Shown: piece by piece, positions 8,827 through 18,825 of the stretch
Numbering within the stretch: the first letter of the stretch is position 1
How the letters are laid out: every line of letters begins with the position of its first letter
Assembly: GCA_965198235.1 (NCBI GenBank)
Contig: OZ240248.1
Coordinates: 3,424,001 to 3,488,000, forward strand
From: Candidatus Poribacteria bacterium
Lineage (GTDB): Bacteria; Poribacteria; WGA-4E; WGA-3G
Direction: 5' to 3'
Length of the DNA stretch: 64,000 nt
The notes under the pieces: model-generated
Database searches by the model: none
What the model was told of the DNA's origin: nothing
The model's input: the letters and a program-made list of their open reading frames with translations, nothing else
Translations under genes and position numbers: made by a program

Positions 8827-10974
8827 ATGTTTGGATTAGGAATTTTAGCTCCTTTATTCGCGGTAGCAGGTATTATAGGTGCCTCAATTCCACTCATCTT
8901 GCATCTGTTGAACCGGGAACGTGCGAGGCGATTGGTGTTCGGCACCATCCGTTTCATCCAGATGTCGCATCAGACAAACGTGAGACGGCATAAGTTGAAA
9001 CGGTTACTGCTTCTGCTAATGCGTATTCTGATATTGGCACTGCTCGGCTTTGCATTTGCGCGACCATTCTTCGCCGAAGCCCCAGTCATTGCACAGAAAA
9101 CAGGTGGAAAACGAAACGCAATTGTTATTCTGGATACCTCCTATAGTATGCAGTATGAGAAGATATTCCAGAACGCAAAAAGGGAGGGTATCAAAATTCT
9201 TGATGGGCTTGATGCAACTGATGCCGCTTGTCTTATTCTTTCTTCGGACAATGCCCGTGTCGTTGCACCACTCGGTTCAGAGTTCTCACACATTAGGGCT
9301 GCTTTGAACGATGCGGAAGCCACTTACGAACCTACAGACTATTTGGATGCACTGCAAACCGCTGACGAAATACTTGAGTCTATTCCTATCGGTGAAAAAC
9401 AGATTTATGTGATTGCGGATATGCAAAAGCGGGGATGGGAAAACTTCATTGAAACAGACAAACTCAACCCTGATGTCCAAATTCAGTTTATTGATGTCCA
9501 TCCTGAGCAACCGCACAATTTCGCGATAACAGATCTCAATGTACCGCCTGTTGTCCTGAAGGAACAGGAAGCGTCATATCTGGTTGCACGCGTCCGTAAT
9601 TTCAGCGATGAGGCGGTTGAGAATCTACCAGTTCGTCTGTTCATAGATGGAAATATGATTCACACTATCCAGCTCGACATTGAGCCGGACGACCTCGCGG
9701 ATACTGTCTTCAGGGTCGACTTTCAAGACGAGGCGACGCATACAGGTTGGGTTGAGCTGCCTGAAGATGCACTTGGGGTTGACAACAAACGCTATTTCAC
9801 TTTACAAAGTCTGCGGTCAATCAAGGTTCATGCGGTCAGTGACAAACCACGGACGCGAAACCGCTATCAGACCATGGAAACGTTTTTCATGAAAATGGCA
9901 TTTACAGCAGGTAGTGATGCGGTGCCTATTGATTTTACGGAATCGAATTCGGTGCCGGGTGCGGCGACACTCAATCGCACTGATGTTCTGGTGCTTGCCG
10001 ATGTAGCACAACTCTCTTCCGACGAAGCTGGACGTGTGGCGGCTTATGTTGCTTCAGGCGGTGGATTGATTGTGACAGTGGGTGATAATATAGACACTGA
10101 TGTCTATGAACAGCGTCTTGGTGGTGAGATAGGTTTGATGCCTTGTAACTTCGTCCGACCCGCTGGCGACGCTTTTGATCGGCAGCAGTTCCGCGTCCTT
10201 GCGACAGTGAAGTACGAACATCCGATTTTCGCTCCGTTCAAGGAACCGAACCATGGCGATTTTGGTAAGGCGCGGTTTTATAGAATTTTTCAGGCGGTTC
10301 CAACGGCAAATGCGACCGTCATTGCTGCTTATGATGATGGCAGTCCTGCCCTCTTTGAAAAGCCTTACGGAAACCTCGGGCGTGTGCTTTGCTTTACCTC
10401 AACGATAGACCGAGAATGGAATGATTTACCGATTCGCGCCGTTTACCTGCCGTTCCTGCATGAATCTATTAAGTATCTTGCACTTAAAGACGTAGAAACC
10501 ATGCCCGATTACCGCGTCGGAGACTATATAGAACTGAAGGTTTCCGAAACTGAGAATGAGAACATAACGGCGAGCAGAGAGATCGCCATCTTCAATCCAA
10601 ACAACGTTGAGACGCGCTTGGGACGAAACAAAGATGTTACGCCTACAGCAGAGGATACTCCACAAAGCAGTGTCTTATATACAGACACGGCAATACCCGG
10701 TATCTATTCAGTTCATAGGTCTGGCACAGAAGTTACGGACTACTTTGTAGTCAACGTTGATACCACTGAGTCCGATCTTGCAGCGCGCGATGTTGAGGAA
10801 CTCGCAAGTATGCTGAAAGGCGCAGCGGATGAATTAGTCGAGGATAAAGCTACGGCTGAACTCGTGGCGCAATACAATGAAGATGTAGAGAGGAATCAAA
10901 ACGTATGGATCTATCTCATGTTAGTCGTTTTTGCTTTAGCAATAACTGAGATGTTCCTCGCTAACCGTGTTTAA
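8827..10974 (+). CDS. BatA-domain / VWA membrane protein
   Basis: PLILHLLNR, FARP, DTSYSM MIDAS motif, C-terminal TM ending EMFLANR. Confidence 0.85.
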   Translation: MFGLGILAPLFAVAGIIGASIPLILHLLNRERARRLVFGTIRFIQMSHQTNVRRHKLKRLLLLLMRILILALLGFAFARPFFAEAPVIAQKTGGKRNAIVILDTSYSMQYEKIFQNAKREGIKILDGLDATDAACLILSSDNARVVAPLGSEFSHIRAALNDAEATYEPTDYLDALQTADEILESIPIGEKQIYVIADMQKRGWENFIETDKLNPDVQIQFIDVHPEQPHNFAITDLNVPPVVLKEQEASYLVARVRNFSDEAVENLPVRLFIDGNMIHTIQLDIEPDDLADTVFRVDFQDEATHTGWVELPEDALGVDNKRYFTLQSLRSIKVHAVSDKPRTRNRYQTMETFFMKMAFTAGSDAVPIDFTESNSVPGAATLNRTDVLVLADVAQLSSDEAGRVAAYVASGGGLIVTVGDNIDTDVYEQRLGGEIGLMPCNFVRPAGDAFDRQQFRVLATVKYEHPIFAPFKEPNHGDFGKARFYRIFQAVPTANATVIAAYDDGSPALFEKPYGNLGRVLCFTSTIDREWNDLPIRAVYLPFLHESIKYLALKDVETMPDYRVGDYIELKVSETENENITASREIAIFNPNNVETRLGRNKDVTPTAEDTPQSSVLYTDTAIPGIYSVHRSGTEVTDYFVVNVDTTESDLAARDVEELASMLKGAADELVEDKATAELVAQYNEDVERNQNVWIYLMLVVFALAITEMFLANRV

Positions 10975-11311
10975 TCCCGACACACCGCTGGTGAGGTTTC
11001 CGAACCTCGCCAACAACGTGTTTAGATTTTTAATTGGTATGCTCCGCGATAAAGCATCGTTGCAGAAAGCCACCTTTAGTTCAGTGGATTGTGGAATCAA
11101 CAAAGGTTGCTTGCTTGGCAAGTCTGACACCTTCTCCGCCAGCAGACAATACCCTGCCTGCAGCACCTTTTCAAGTGATATGAATATTGTAACACACATA
11201 CAAGAAAATGGTAAGTTTTTTCATACCGCAAACCGTAGCGCAAACTTTTAGTTTGCGGCACCGTATGGAAGCCCTTGAGCAAGCGATAACCAGGAGGCCA
11301 TAATTAGAAAA

Positions 11312-12229
11312 ATGAACTTTGAACCGAATGCACCGATTGAAGTGCCACAAATTGTGTCCGATGATCAAATCCAATTTTTTATCGACAATGGGTATCTTGT
11401 TGTCCCAGATTTGCTGTCTCTGGATGAGATAGAGGAGTTGCGGCAGGATACTGTTACGCTTGCCAAAGGTGGGCACCCGTGCGAGAGTCTCCAACCGCTT
11501 TCTGAGGATGTCAGCGATGACGAAGCCATTGGACGTATCCTTTGCATTCATCAACCGCATTTCGTCAGTCCTGTTATTGAGCAGTACGTCAAGCACCCGA
11601 AAATCTGTGGTATTCTGAGCCAGATAGCTGCTGCGCATCTTCCGCATTGGGATGGAAGCGTTAAGTGTATGCAGTCTATGCTCTTCATCAAACCGCCGAA
11701 TTTCCAAGGTCAAGCGTGGCATCAGGACGAGATTTACATTCCTACACGCGATCGTTCCTTGATTGGTGCTTGGATAGCGATGGACGACGCTACGGTTGAA
11801 AATGGGTGTTTGTGGATTCTACCGGGTTCGCATCGCCGAGGCTATCTCTATCCGCAGAGATCTCATGAAAATCCCGATGAGTTTGACTTTGCGGAGGAGA
11901 GTTACGGCTTTGATGACACAGGTGAGGTTCCGGTTGAAGTTAAAACTGGCGCGTTGGTTTTCTTCAACGGGTATCTGCTTCATCGGTCGCGTAAGAACCG
12001 TGGTGATACCTACCGCAGGGTTCTGGTGAACCATTACTGTAATGCTTGGTCGTTGTTGCCTTGGTCAGTTCAAGATGGAGAACGTCCCGCAAGTGCTGAT
12101 CGACGATGCATCATCCCTGTTTCTGGGGTCGATCCTTATGCGTGGAAAGGTTACGATGCACCGCCTAAGAATGTTTCCCTGCGAACTTGCCAAGCTGTTC
12201 GGCAAATGGAGGCATCGGATGCAGACTGA
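11312..12229 (+). CDS. Phytanoyl-CoA dioxygenase (PhyH) family oxygenase
   Basis: FFIDNGYL, GQAWHQD, ENGCLWILPGSH, LLHRS. Confidence 0.9.
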   Translation: MNFEPNAPIEVPQIVSDDQIQFFIDNGYLVVPDLLSLDEIEELRQDTVTLAKGGHPCESLQPLSEDVSDDEAIGRILCIHQPHFVSPVIEQYVKHPKICGILSQIAAAHLPHWDGSVKCMQSMLFIKPPNFQGQAWHQDEIYIPTRDRSLIGAWIAMDDATVENGCLWILPGSHRRGYLYPQRSHENPDEFDFAEESYGFDDTGEVPVEVKTGALVFFNGYLLHRSRKNRGDTYRRVLVNHYCNAWSLLPWSVQDGERPASADRRCIIPVSGVDPYAWKGYDAPPKNVSLRTCQAVRQMEASDAD

Positions 12230-12431
12230 ACTTTTCTCCCAGCTCAGGCAAGCGTTAGAGACGATGCTATCGCGGATCAAGGCTGGCGAAGACATATTGG
12301 AACAGTTGGAACAAATTGACGCGTTGCATCAGGAACTCGCGCCGGCGGAAACCCCCAAAAACTTACTGCACTATCTTGAGCGGAAAAGTTACACAAAAGC
12401 GTTGGCGCTGCTCGAAACCTCTTCTAAATAA
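12219..12431 (+). CDS. Small hypothetical helical protein (70 aa)
   Basis: ATG 12219 with GGAGG upstream; overlaps PhyH end; LHYLERKSYTKAL. Confidence 0.6.
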   Translation: MQTELFSQLRQALETMLSRIKAGEDILEQLEQIDALHQELAPAETPKNLLHYLERKSYTKALALLETSSK

Positions 12432-12488
12432 TTGGTACTTGGAACTGCGCCCAGAGGCCACAATCCATAAAAAATAGGAAAGAGAAAT

Positions 12489-13250
12489 ATGGAAACCAGA
12501 GAGGATGGACGCGGACCAGATGAACTGCGCCCCGTCACAATCAAACGACACTATATCAAACACGCCGAAGGCTCTGTGCTCGTTGCGACAGGGGACACCC
12601 GCGTTATATGCACTGCTTCTGTGATTGACCAACAGCCGCGTTTCATGCGTACCCAGCGTATCAGAGGTAAGGGATGGGTAACGGCGGAGTACTCCATGTT
12701 ACCCCGCTCTACTTCTGAACGGATGCAACGTGAGGCAACCCGTGGTGGTGTCAGTGGGAGAACACAGGAGATCCAACGCCTTATCGGTCGTTCCTTGCGT
12801 GCCGCTGTAGATTTATATGTCTTGGAAGAGCGGACAGTTTGGGTTGATTGCGATGTCATTCAGGCTGATGGTGGGACACGCACCGCATCCATTACAGGTG
12901 CTTTTATTGCACTCTGGGATGCCTGTCAACAGCTCGTTAAAAGCAAGAGAATTAAAAATTTTCCCATTACCGACAACATTGCCGCTACAAGTGTCGGACT
13001 TATCAACGGTCAACCGATGTTAGACCTCTGCTACACGGAAGATTCGTCGGCGGATGTTGATATGAACATTGTTATGACAGGGAGCGGAGAATTTATAGAG
13101 ATACAAGGCACTGCAGAAGAAAAGCCCTTTTCGCGTGCCGACTATGACCAAATGCTGGACCTCGCCGTTGGAGGTATACAGCAACTCATCCGGCTCCAAA
13201 ATCGGATGATGTTGGAGAATTTAGATGAAGCTCGTATTGGCGACGCGTAA
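12489..13250 (+). CDS. rph: Ribonuclease PH
   Basis: [48 protein letters not shown]. Confidence 0.97.
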   Translation: METREDGRGPDELRPVTIKRHYIKHAEGSVLVATGDTRVICTASVIDQQPRFMRTQRIRGKGWVTAEYSMLPRSTSERMQREATRGGVSGRTQEIQRLIGRSLRAAVDLYVLEERTVWVDCDVIQADGGTRTASITGAFIALWDACQQLVKSKRIKNFPITDNIAATSVGLINGQPMLDLCYTEDSSADVDMNIVMTGSGEFIEIQGTAEEKPFSRADYDQMLDLAVGGIQQLIRLQNRMMLENLDEARIGDA

Positions 13251-13821
13251 CCAAGGCAAGGTGAGAGAACTCACAAACATGCTCTACGGTGAAGCGAGTT
13301 CCAAGCAACAGATCGAAGTTATCTCTTTGGAAAATTATCCAGATGCCCCAGAGGTGGTTGAGGATGGGAAAACGTATATGGAGAATGCTATTAAGAAGGC
13401 ATCTATTATTGCTAAGTATACGTCCCATCTTACTCTTGCTGACGATGCCGGGTTGGAGGTCGATGCTCTCAACGGTGCACCAGGCATTAACTCCAAACGC
13501 TGGGCAGGTGAAGACGCAACGGATGATATTCGGATTGCGAAACTCCTTCAGGCACTTGAAGGTGTCGTCAATCGGCGGGCACGATTCATCGCTGCGATTG
13601 TGGTGGTACATCCAAATTCCAAACCTGAAGGAGTTCTTGGTGTTTGTGAAGGACACATCAGGCATGATCCTGTGGGAGAGAGCGGCTTCGGTTATGATCC
13701 CGTGTTTATGCCTGACGGCTATAATCAGACTTTCGCAGAATTAGGGGAAGAAATAAAAAACCGGATGAGTCACAGAGCAAAGGCATTGGAACAGGCAATT
13801 GCTTTTTTAAACTACTTTTAA
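13225..13821 (+). CDS. rdgB: XTP/dITP diphosphatase (RdgB/HAM1)
   Basis: [31 protein letters not shown]; usual linkage to rph. Confidence 0.95.
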   Translation: MKLVLATRNQGKVRELTNMLYGEASSKQQIEVISLENYPDAPEVVEDGKTYMENAIKKASIIAKYTSHLTLADDAGLEVDALNGAPGINSKRWAGEDATDDIRIAKLLQALEGVVNRRARFIAAIVVVHPNSKPEGVLGVCEGHIRHDPVGESGFGYDPVFMPDGYNQTFAELGEEIKNRMSHRAKALEQAIAFLNYF

Positions 13822-13964
13822 TTTATTGGCACCTGGGCGTTGTTCCACTACGTTCCACAACGGTTCTCGGTTAATTCCGATCCCCTTTGAACAGTGAGAG
13901 GGCATTCAACTTTACCAAAACCACTACGAAATGTAATGGAGCACAGCCCAGGAGGCCATTTAAA

Positions 13965-14135
13965 AAATGGTTTCCGGTTAAGTCCAGCGGGAGTAGGAAG
14001 ATGAGTGATTATCAAGAGAAAAAAAAAGAAGTGATGGCAGCCTGCATTCTCACTGCGAAGCAGGCGCAGGCGGTTCTTCAGCGAAAACTGGTATGGAGCC
14101 AATCGCTGGATTTAACGCTTTGCGAATCATTTAAA
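13965..14135. repeat. MITE-like dispersed repeat, second copy about 26300-26487
   Basis: Shared GGCGCAGGCGnTnCTTnAGCGAA and GATTTAACGCTTTGCGAATC with identical 46-bp offset in both copies. Confidence 0.65.
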
Positions 14136-14145
14136 AGAGGAGAAA

Positions 14146-14703
14146 ATGGCAGCACTTAACGATTTACGCAATGGGTTGGTTATCCGACTCAACGATGCGA
14201 TTTACACCATAGTTAACTGTGAGCATGTCAAGCCAGGGAAAGGTGGTGCCTTCGCACGAACCAAAATCAAACGTGTTTCCGACGGTGCCGTCTTGGATAG
14301 GACGTTTCGTTCCAACGAAAATGTCGAAACCGTCAGAGTCATGGACCACCAGATGCAGTATATGTACCGAGATGGTGAGGCGTTGTGGTTTATGGACAAT
14401 GAAACATTTGAACAACACACACTCCCTGTAGATCTCATTGGAGATGGCTTGAAGTTCCTAAAGGAAGGTGAAACTGTCACCGTCAAAATGGAAGGGGTAA
14501 TCCCACTTACTGTTGAACTTCCAAACTTCGTTGCGCTTCAGATTGTTGAGACCGACCCAGGATTACGGGGTGATACTGTCAGTGGCGGTTCGAAGCGCGC
14601 CACACTTGAAACGGGTGGTGTCGTTAATGTGCCTTTGTTTGTTCAGAACGAAACGCGTATCAAAGTTGACACGCGCACCGGAAAATATGTAGAAAGGATA
14701 TAG
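14146..14703 (+). CDS. efp: Elongation factor P
   Basis: HVKPGKGGAF, TDPGLRGDT, KRATLETG, VDTRTGKY. Confidence 0.97.
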   Translation: MAALNDLRNGLVIRLNDAIYTIVNCEHVKPGKGGAFARTKIKRVSDGAVLDRTFRSNENVETVRVMDHQMQYMYRDGEALWFMDNETFEQHTLPVDLIGDGLKFLKEGETVTVKMEGVIPLTVELPNFVALQIVETDPGLRGDTVSGGSKRATLETGGVVNVPLFVQNETRIKVDTRTGKYVERI

Positions 14704-14706
14704 TCG

Positions 14707-14795
14707 CCAGCGGTTATCGGCTATCGGCTTTTAGCAAGGGGCTTGAGCACATCAGAGTCCTTTTGCTGACGGCTGACGGCTGATTGCTAATAGCC
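14707..14795. repeat. Heptamer-armed inverted repeat (CTGAC/GTCAG family)
   Basis: Left arm GCGGTTATCGGCTATCGGC, right arm GCTGACGGCTGACGGCTGATTGC. Confidence 0.65.
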
Positions 14796-14808
14796 ACTAA
14801 AAAGAGAA

Positions 14809-15327
14809 ATGCGTCAAAACAGGTCCAAGGATAAATCTCAATCTGCTGAACAAAACTACAGTGATGTCTTAGAAATTGTTGAACAGTTGGCGGAAATTCT
14901 TGTCCGCACCGACCTTTCGGAAGTCCGCATCCGGGATAACGAGTTTGAAGTGCAGGTTTCCAGGCATCGTGGGAATCCCGATGGATATGAACAGACTCCA
15001 CTCCGACCGGCAGAGACGAACGTAGCAGTGGGTGCGCCGCAGCTTCCTGTAGAGAACCCTGATACCGAAGGTGGCTCGGAAGCGCATAATGCATTCATCA
15101 GTGCACCTATGCCCTCGCGCTTCTACCGTTCCCCCGCACCTGATGAACCGTCCTTTGTTAAAGTTGGGGATATAGTCGCAATGGGTGAACCCATTGCCGT
15201 CCTTGAAGTCATGAAAACTTACAATCCCGTGGAAGCACCGTTTAACTGTGAGATTTTAGAGATTCTCGCTGAAGATGGCGAAGCGGTTGAATATGCACAA
15301 CCGCTGTTCCGAGTGAGGCAGACATAG
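14809..15327 (+). CDS. accB: Acetyl-CoA carboxylase biotin carboxyl carrier protein
   Basis: FYRSPAP..FVKVGD..EVMKT biotinylation motif; between efp and accC. Confidence 0.92.
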   Translation: MRQNRSKDKSQSAEQNYSDVLEIVEQLAEILVRTDLSEVRIRDNEFEVQVSRHRGNPDGYEQTPLRPAETNVAVGAPQLPVENPDTEGGSEAHNAFISAPMPSRFYRSPAPDEPSFVKVGDIVAMGEPIAVLEVMKTYNPVEAPFNCEILEILAEDGEAVEYAQPLFRVRQT

Positions 15328-15331
15328 GGAA

Positions 15332-15441
15332 TAGCAGTCAGTGGTCAGCAGTCAGCGGTCAGCAAGAGGGCATTGTGGCGGACAAAACGTCTGTAACTGC
15401 CACACGTTCTACTGACAGCCGACGGCTGATAGCCGATAGCC
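15332..15441. repeat. Heptamer-armed inverted repeat (CTGAC/GTCAG family)
   Basis: GCAGTCAGTGGTCAGCAGTCAGCGGTCAGC ... CTGACAGCCGACGGCTGATAGCCGATAGCC. Confidence 0.7.
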
Positions 15442-15451
15442 AATAAAGAAC

Positions 15452-16813
15452 ATGATAAAAAAAATACTGATAGCAAATCGCGGTGAAATCGCTGTCCGCA
15501 TCATCCGTGCCTGCAAAGATATGGGAATTAAAACGGTAGCGATCTATTCAACCGCTGATGAAGATGCACTACACGTTAAATACGCTGACGATGCCTATTG
15601 TATTGGTCCACCGCCTTCAACTGAGAGTTATCTCAAATACTCCAATATTATCACTGTTGCGGATTATGCGAATGTCAACGCAATCCATCCCGGAGCGGGT
15701 TTCCTTGCTGAGGACGCGCAATTTGCGGAAATTTGTGAGGCACATCAGATAAAGTTTATCGGACCCTCCGTCGCAAATATCGCCACGATGGGTGACAAAG
15801 TGAAGGCACGCGAAACTGTGGCAAAAGCGGGACTGAAACTCGTACCCGGCAGTCAGAGCGGTAGACGTAAAAATAGCAAAAAAGGAACAGTTGACACCGC
15901 CGAGGATGCCGCGCAGCTCGCTGAGAAAATCGGGTATCCTATCGGGATCAAAGCCGTGGCAGGTGGTGGCGGTCGCGGCATCCGAATCGCCGAAAATCAG
16001 CCGAGCCTACTTAATCTTTTTCACACTGCGAAGGCAGAGGGTGAGGCGGCTTTTGGTAATGGGGATGTCTACATTGAAAAATGGATTGAAGAAGCACGAC
16101 ATATTGAAGTCCAAATTCTTGGAGATACCCACGGCAACGTTGTTCATTTGGGGGAACGCGAGTGCTCTATCCAGCGGAAACAACAGAAACTCTTGGAAGA
16201 AGCACCTGCCGCCTCGATTCCATCTAAACTTCGCAACGAGATCTGTAAAGCCGCCGCAAAAGCCGCAAAAGCGATCGGCTACATAAATGCTGGGACCATT
16301 GAATTTGTAGTGGATAAAGATGAGAATTTCTATTTCTTAGAAATGAATACACGGATTCAAGTTGAGCATACTGTCACTGAGAGTATAACCGGCATTGATC
16401 TCATCAAAGAACAGATTCGACTCGCCATGGGGGATCAACTCGGATATAACCAATCTGATATTCAGATTCAAGGACATGCGATTGAATGCAGAATTAATGC
16501 CGAAGATCCAGCAAATCAGTTCATGCCTTCACCAGGGCTCGTCACAGTCTACCATCCTCCCGGCGGCATCGGTATTCGGATTGATGGGTATCTCTACACG
16601 GGGTATACTGTCCCCTCGCACTACGATTCACTCGTGGCGAAACTCATCGCGACTGGCAGGGATCGGGAAGAGGCGATTGCACGGTTGAAACGCGCATTGT
16701 CTGAATTCGAAATTGAAGGTATTAAGACCACGATTCCGCTCTTCCAGAATATCCTCAACGATGAACGCTTTCGCAACGGAACCATTTTTACCAATTTCTT
16801 AGAAACGTCATAG
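15452..16813 (+). CDS. accC: Biotin carboxylase
   Basis: KILIANRGEIA, GGGGRG, ERECSIQR, FLEMNTRIQVEH, RINAED. Confidence 0.97.
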   Translation: MIKKILIANRGEIAVRIIRACKDMGIKTVAIYSTADEDALHVKYADDAYCIGPPPSTESYLKYSNIITVADYANVNAIHPGAGFLAEDAQFAEICEAHQIKFIGPSVANIATMGDKVKARETVAKAGLKLVPGSQSGRRKNSKKGTVDTAEDAAQLAEKIGYPIGIKAVAGGGGRGIRIAENQPSLLNLFHTAKAEGEAAFGNGDVYIEKWIEEARHIEVQILGDTHGNVVHLGERECSIQRKQQKLLEEAPAASIPSKLRNEICKAAAKAAKAIGYINAGTIEFVVDKDENFYFLEMNTRIQVEHTVTESITGIDLIKEQIRLAMGDQLGYNQSDIQIQGHAIECRINAEDPANQFMPSPGLVTVYHPPGGIGIRIDGYLYTGYTVPSHYDSLVAKLIATGRDREEAIARLKRALSEFEIEGIKTTIPLFQNILNDERFRNGTIFTNFLETS

Positions 16814-16925
16814 TACCCAAACCCCAAAGGGTTGGGCTCGTGCTTCATCGCAGTCTGCCTTCCGAAGAAGGTCTTACGTCTGCTCCACAACGGGATACTA
16901 AGCAGCCCGCGCTCATAGAGAGCCT
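16807..16925 (-). mobile_element. Orphan IS200/IS605-type right end / TnpB omegaRNA-like scaffold
   Basis: Minus strand TGTGGAG..GTAAGACC..GGCAG..GATGAAGCA..CCCAACCCTTTGGGGTTTGGG-TACTATGAC; resembles the tail of the tnpB remnant at 49957-50007. Confidence 0.55.
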
Positions 16926-17073
16926 TACTATTTTTTCAGAGCGCGTTTTGTCGGATCGGGTGTTTTACTTCCTCGCATCCATTACACGCAAAGCACCCCT
17001 TCTGGACCCTACACTACACAGGTATTCTAACATTTTTGACACTTTTTGTTAAGAAAAAGGAGGGCGGTCTACT

Positions 17074-17118
17074 GAAGGTTTCCGAAGGTTTCCGAAAGTT
17101 TCCGAAGGTTTCCGAAAG
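17074..17118. repeat. Tandem 10-mer GAA(G/A)GTTTCC x4.5
   Basis: Directly visible just upstream of the CRTAC1 gene. Confidence 0.85.
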
Positions 17119-17128
17119 CCAATATCAC

Positions 17129-18802
17129 GTGCATTCCATCATTATAACACTTGTAATCTTTATCCTAACGTCCACGGCTATAGAGGCAGTTACCTTTACT
17201 GATGTCACAAGGGAAGCCGGCATCCGTTTTCAGCATTCAAGCGGAACCCGTTCCAGCCTACTCCCAGAAGACATGGGTTCCGGGGCAGGCTTTGCCGATA
17301 TAGACAACGACGGAGACATCGACCTCTATATTGTTAATATCCCCGGTCCCTTTACACAAGATGGAAATATTGTCCCGCAAGCCTCTATAGGCTTGCGAAA
17401 GGGAAACGCCAATGTCCTCTATCGTAACAACGGGGATGGTACATTTACGGACATCACGCGTGCCGCAGGTGTTGGGCATCAAGGATACGGCATGGGGTGC
17501 GTCTTCGCAGATTATGACGGTGATGCCGACCTCGACCTTTATCTAACCAACTATGGTGAGAATGTTCTCTATCGTAACAACGGGAACGCCACCTTTACCA
17601 ATGTCACAGAAGTTGCCGGTGTCGATTGCGAATTGTGGAGCACAGGTGCCGCCTTCGCAGATGTAGACGGCGACACCGATTTGGACCTCTACGTTTGCAA
17701 CTATGTCACCTACGATTTAGAACAATTGGAACAGATGAAGGAAGAGTCCCTACAATCTGGAAAACCCGTGCCGAGTGCCCTGAATCCGCATGTCTTTGAA
17801 CCACAAGATAACGTCTTCTATCGTAACAACGGGGATGGCACTTTTACCGATGCAACCGATGAAACGGGAATCGCGGCAGTAGGGGGTAGAAGCATGCAAG
17901 CCCTCTTTAGCGACTTTGATAACGATAACGATCTGGATCTCTATGTCGCAAATGATACCTCCACGAACCATATCTATCGCAACGATGGCGGTGGAAGATT
18001 TACTGATGTCAGCACTGAGTCGTGGGCGGCAGATTTTCGCGGTTCTATGGGGCTCACCGCTGGCGATTACGACGCTGATGGTGATATCGATCTCTTTATG
18101 AGCCACTGGGTGGACGAAGAAAACGCCCTCTATAGAAATTTGCTTGAAGAGGATGGCGCAACTGAACAGATCAGGTTCGTAGATGAATCCTATACTGCCA
18201 TGCTTGCTGAAGAGAGCATCAAACAGATCGGATGGGGCACGACCCTCTTTGACTATGACAACGATGGTGATTTGGATATCTTTGTGACGAACGGCAGCAC
18301 CTTCCAGGAGCTTAGACGACCAGAGGTGCTTATCCCCCAGGCTGATATGTTGTTCCGAAACAATGGAGATGAGACATTCACCGATGTTAGTGAAAGTGCT
18401 GGAATTGCAGCACTCCCTATCCGAGTCGGTCGCGGTGCGACATTCGGGGACTATGACAACGATGGTGATGTCGATATTTTCATTGTCAATAACCATGCCC
18501 CACCGACATTGTTGCGTAATGAGGGCGGAAACCGCAGCAATTGGCTGCAGGTCAAACTCGTTGGAACGGACGCGAATCGAGATGCCATCGGCGCGAAAAT
18601 TCAAGTAAAAACGGCAGATCAGACGCAGATACGAGAAATTTACGCAGGTGATAGTTACATGTCTTTTAACAGTCTCATCGCAGAATTTGGCGTAGGGAAC
18701 GCCACACAGATTGAGACGCTACAGGTTACTTGGCAGAACGGCGAAACGCAGAAGCTTCATAATGTCCCAGCAAACCAGCGAATCCGTATAACGCGAGAAT
18801 AG
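17129..18802 (+). CDS. CRTAC1-family protein (FG-GAP/VCBS repeats + ASPIC/UnbV), secreted
   Basis: Repeated DxDxDGDxDL and LYRNNGDGTFTD; NRDAIGA UnbV tail; hydrophobic N-terminus; start uncertain. Confidence 0.9.
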   Translation: MHSIIITLVIFILTSTAIEAVTFTDVTREAGIRFQHSSGTRSSLLPEDMGSGAGFADIDNDGDIDLYIVNIPGPFTQDGNIVPQASIGLRKGNANVLYRNNGDGTFTDITRAAGVGHQGYGMGCVFADYDGDADLDLYLTNYGENVLYRNNGNATFTNVTEVAGVDCELWSTGAAFADVDGDTDLDLYVCNYVTYDLEQLEQMKEESLQSGKPVPSALNPHVFEPQDNVFYRNNGDGTFTDATDETGIAAVGGRSMQALFSDFDNDNDLDLYVANDTSTNHIYRNDGGGRFTDVSTESWAADFRGSMGLTAGDYDADGDIDLFMSHWVDEENALYRNLLEEDGATEQIRFVDESYTAMLAEESIKQIGWGTTLFDYDNDGDLDIFVTNGSTFQELRRPEVLIPQADMLFRNNGDETFTDVSESAGIAALPIRVGRGATFGDYDNDGDVDIFIVNNHAPPTLLRNEGGNRSNWLQVKLVGTDANRDAIGAKIQVKTADQTQIREIYAGDSYMSFNSLIAEFGVGNATQIETLQVTWQNGETQKLHNVPANQRIRITRE

Positions 18803-18825
18803 CGATCAGCAAAGAGGTCTGAACT

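Noticed and set aside
17750-18604. Long antisense or overlapping ORFs (also 11171-11722, 21393-22019, 57435-58166 and many 60-160 aa ORFs)
   Set aside because: Shadows of well-supported genes with no recognisable motifs
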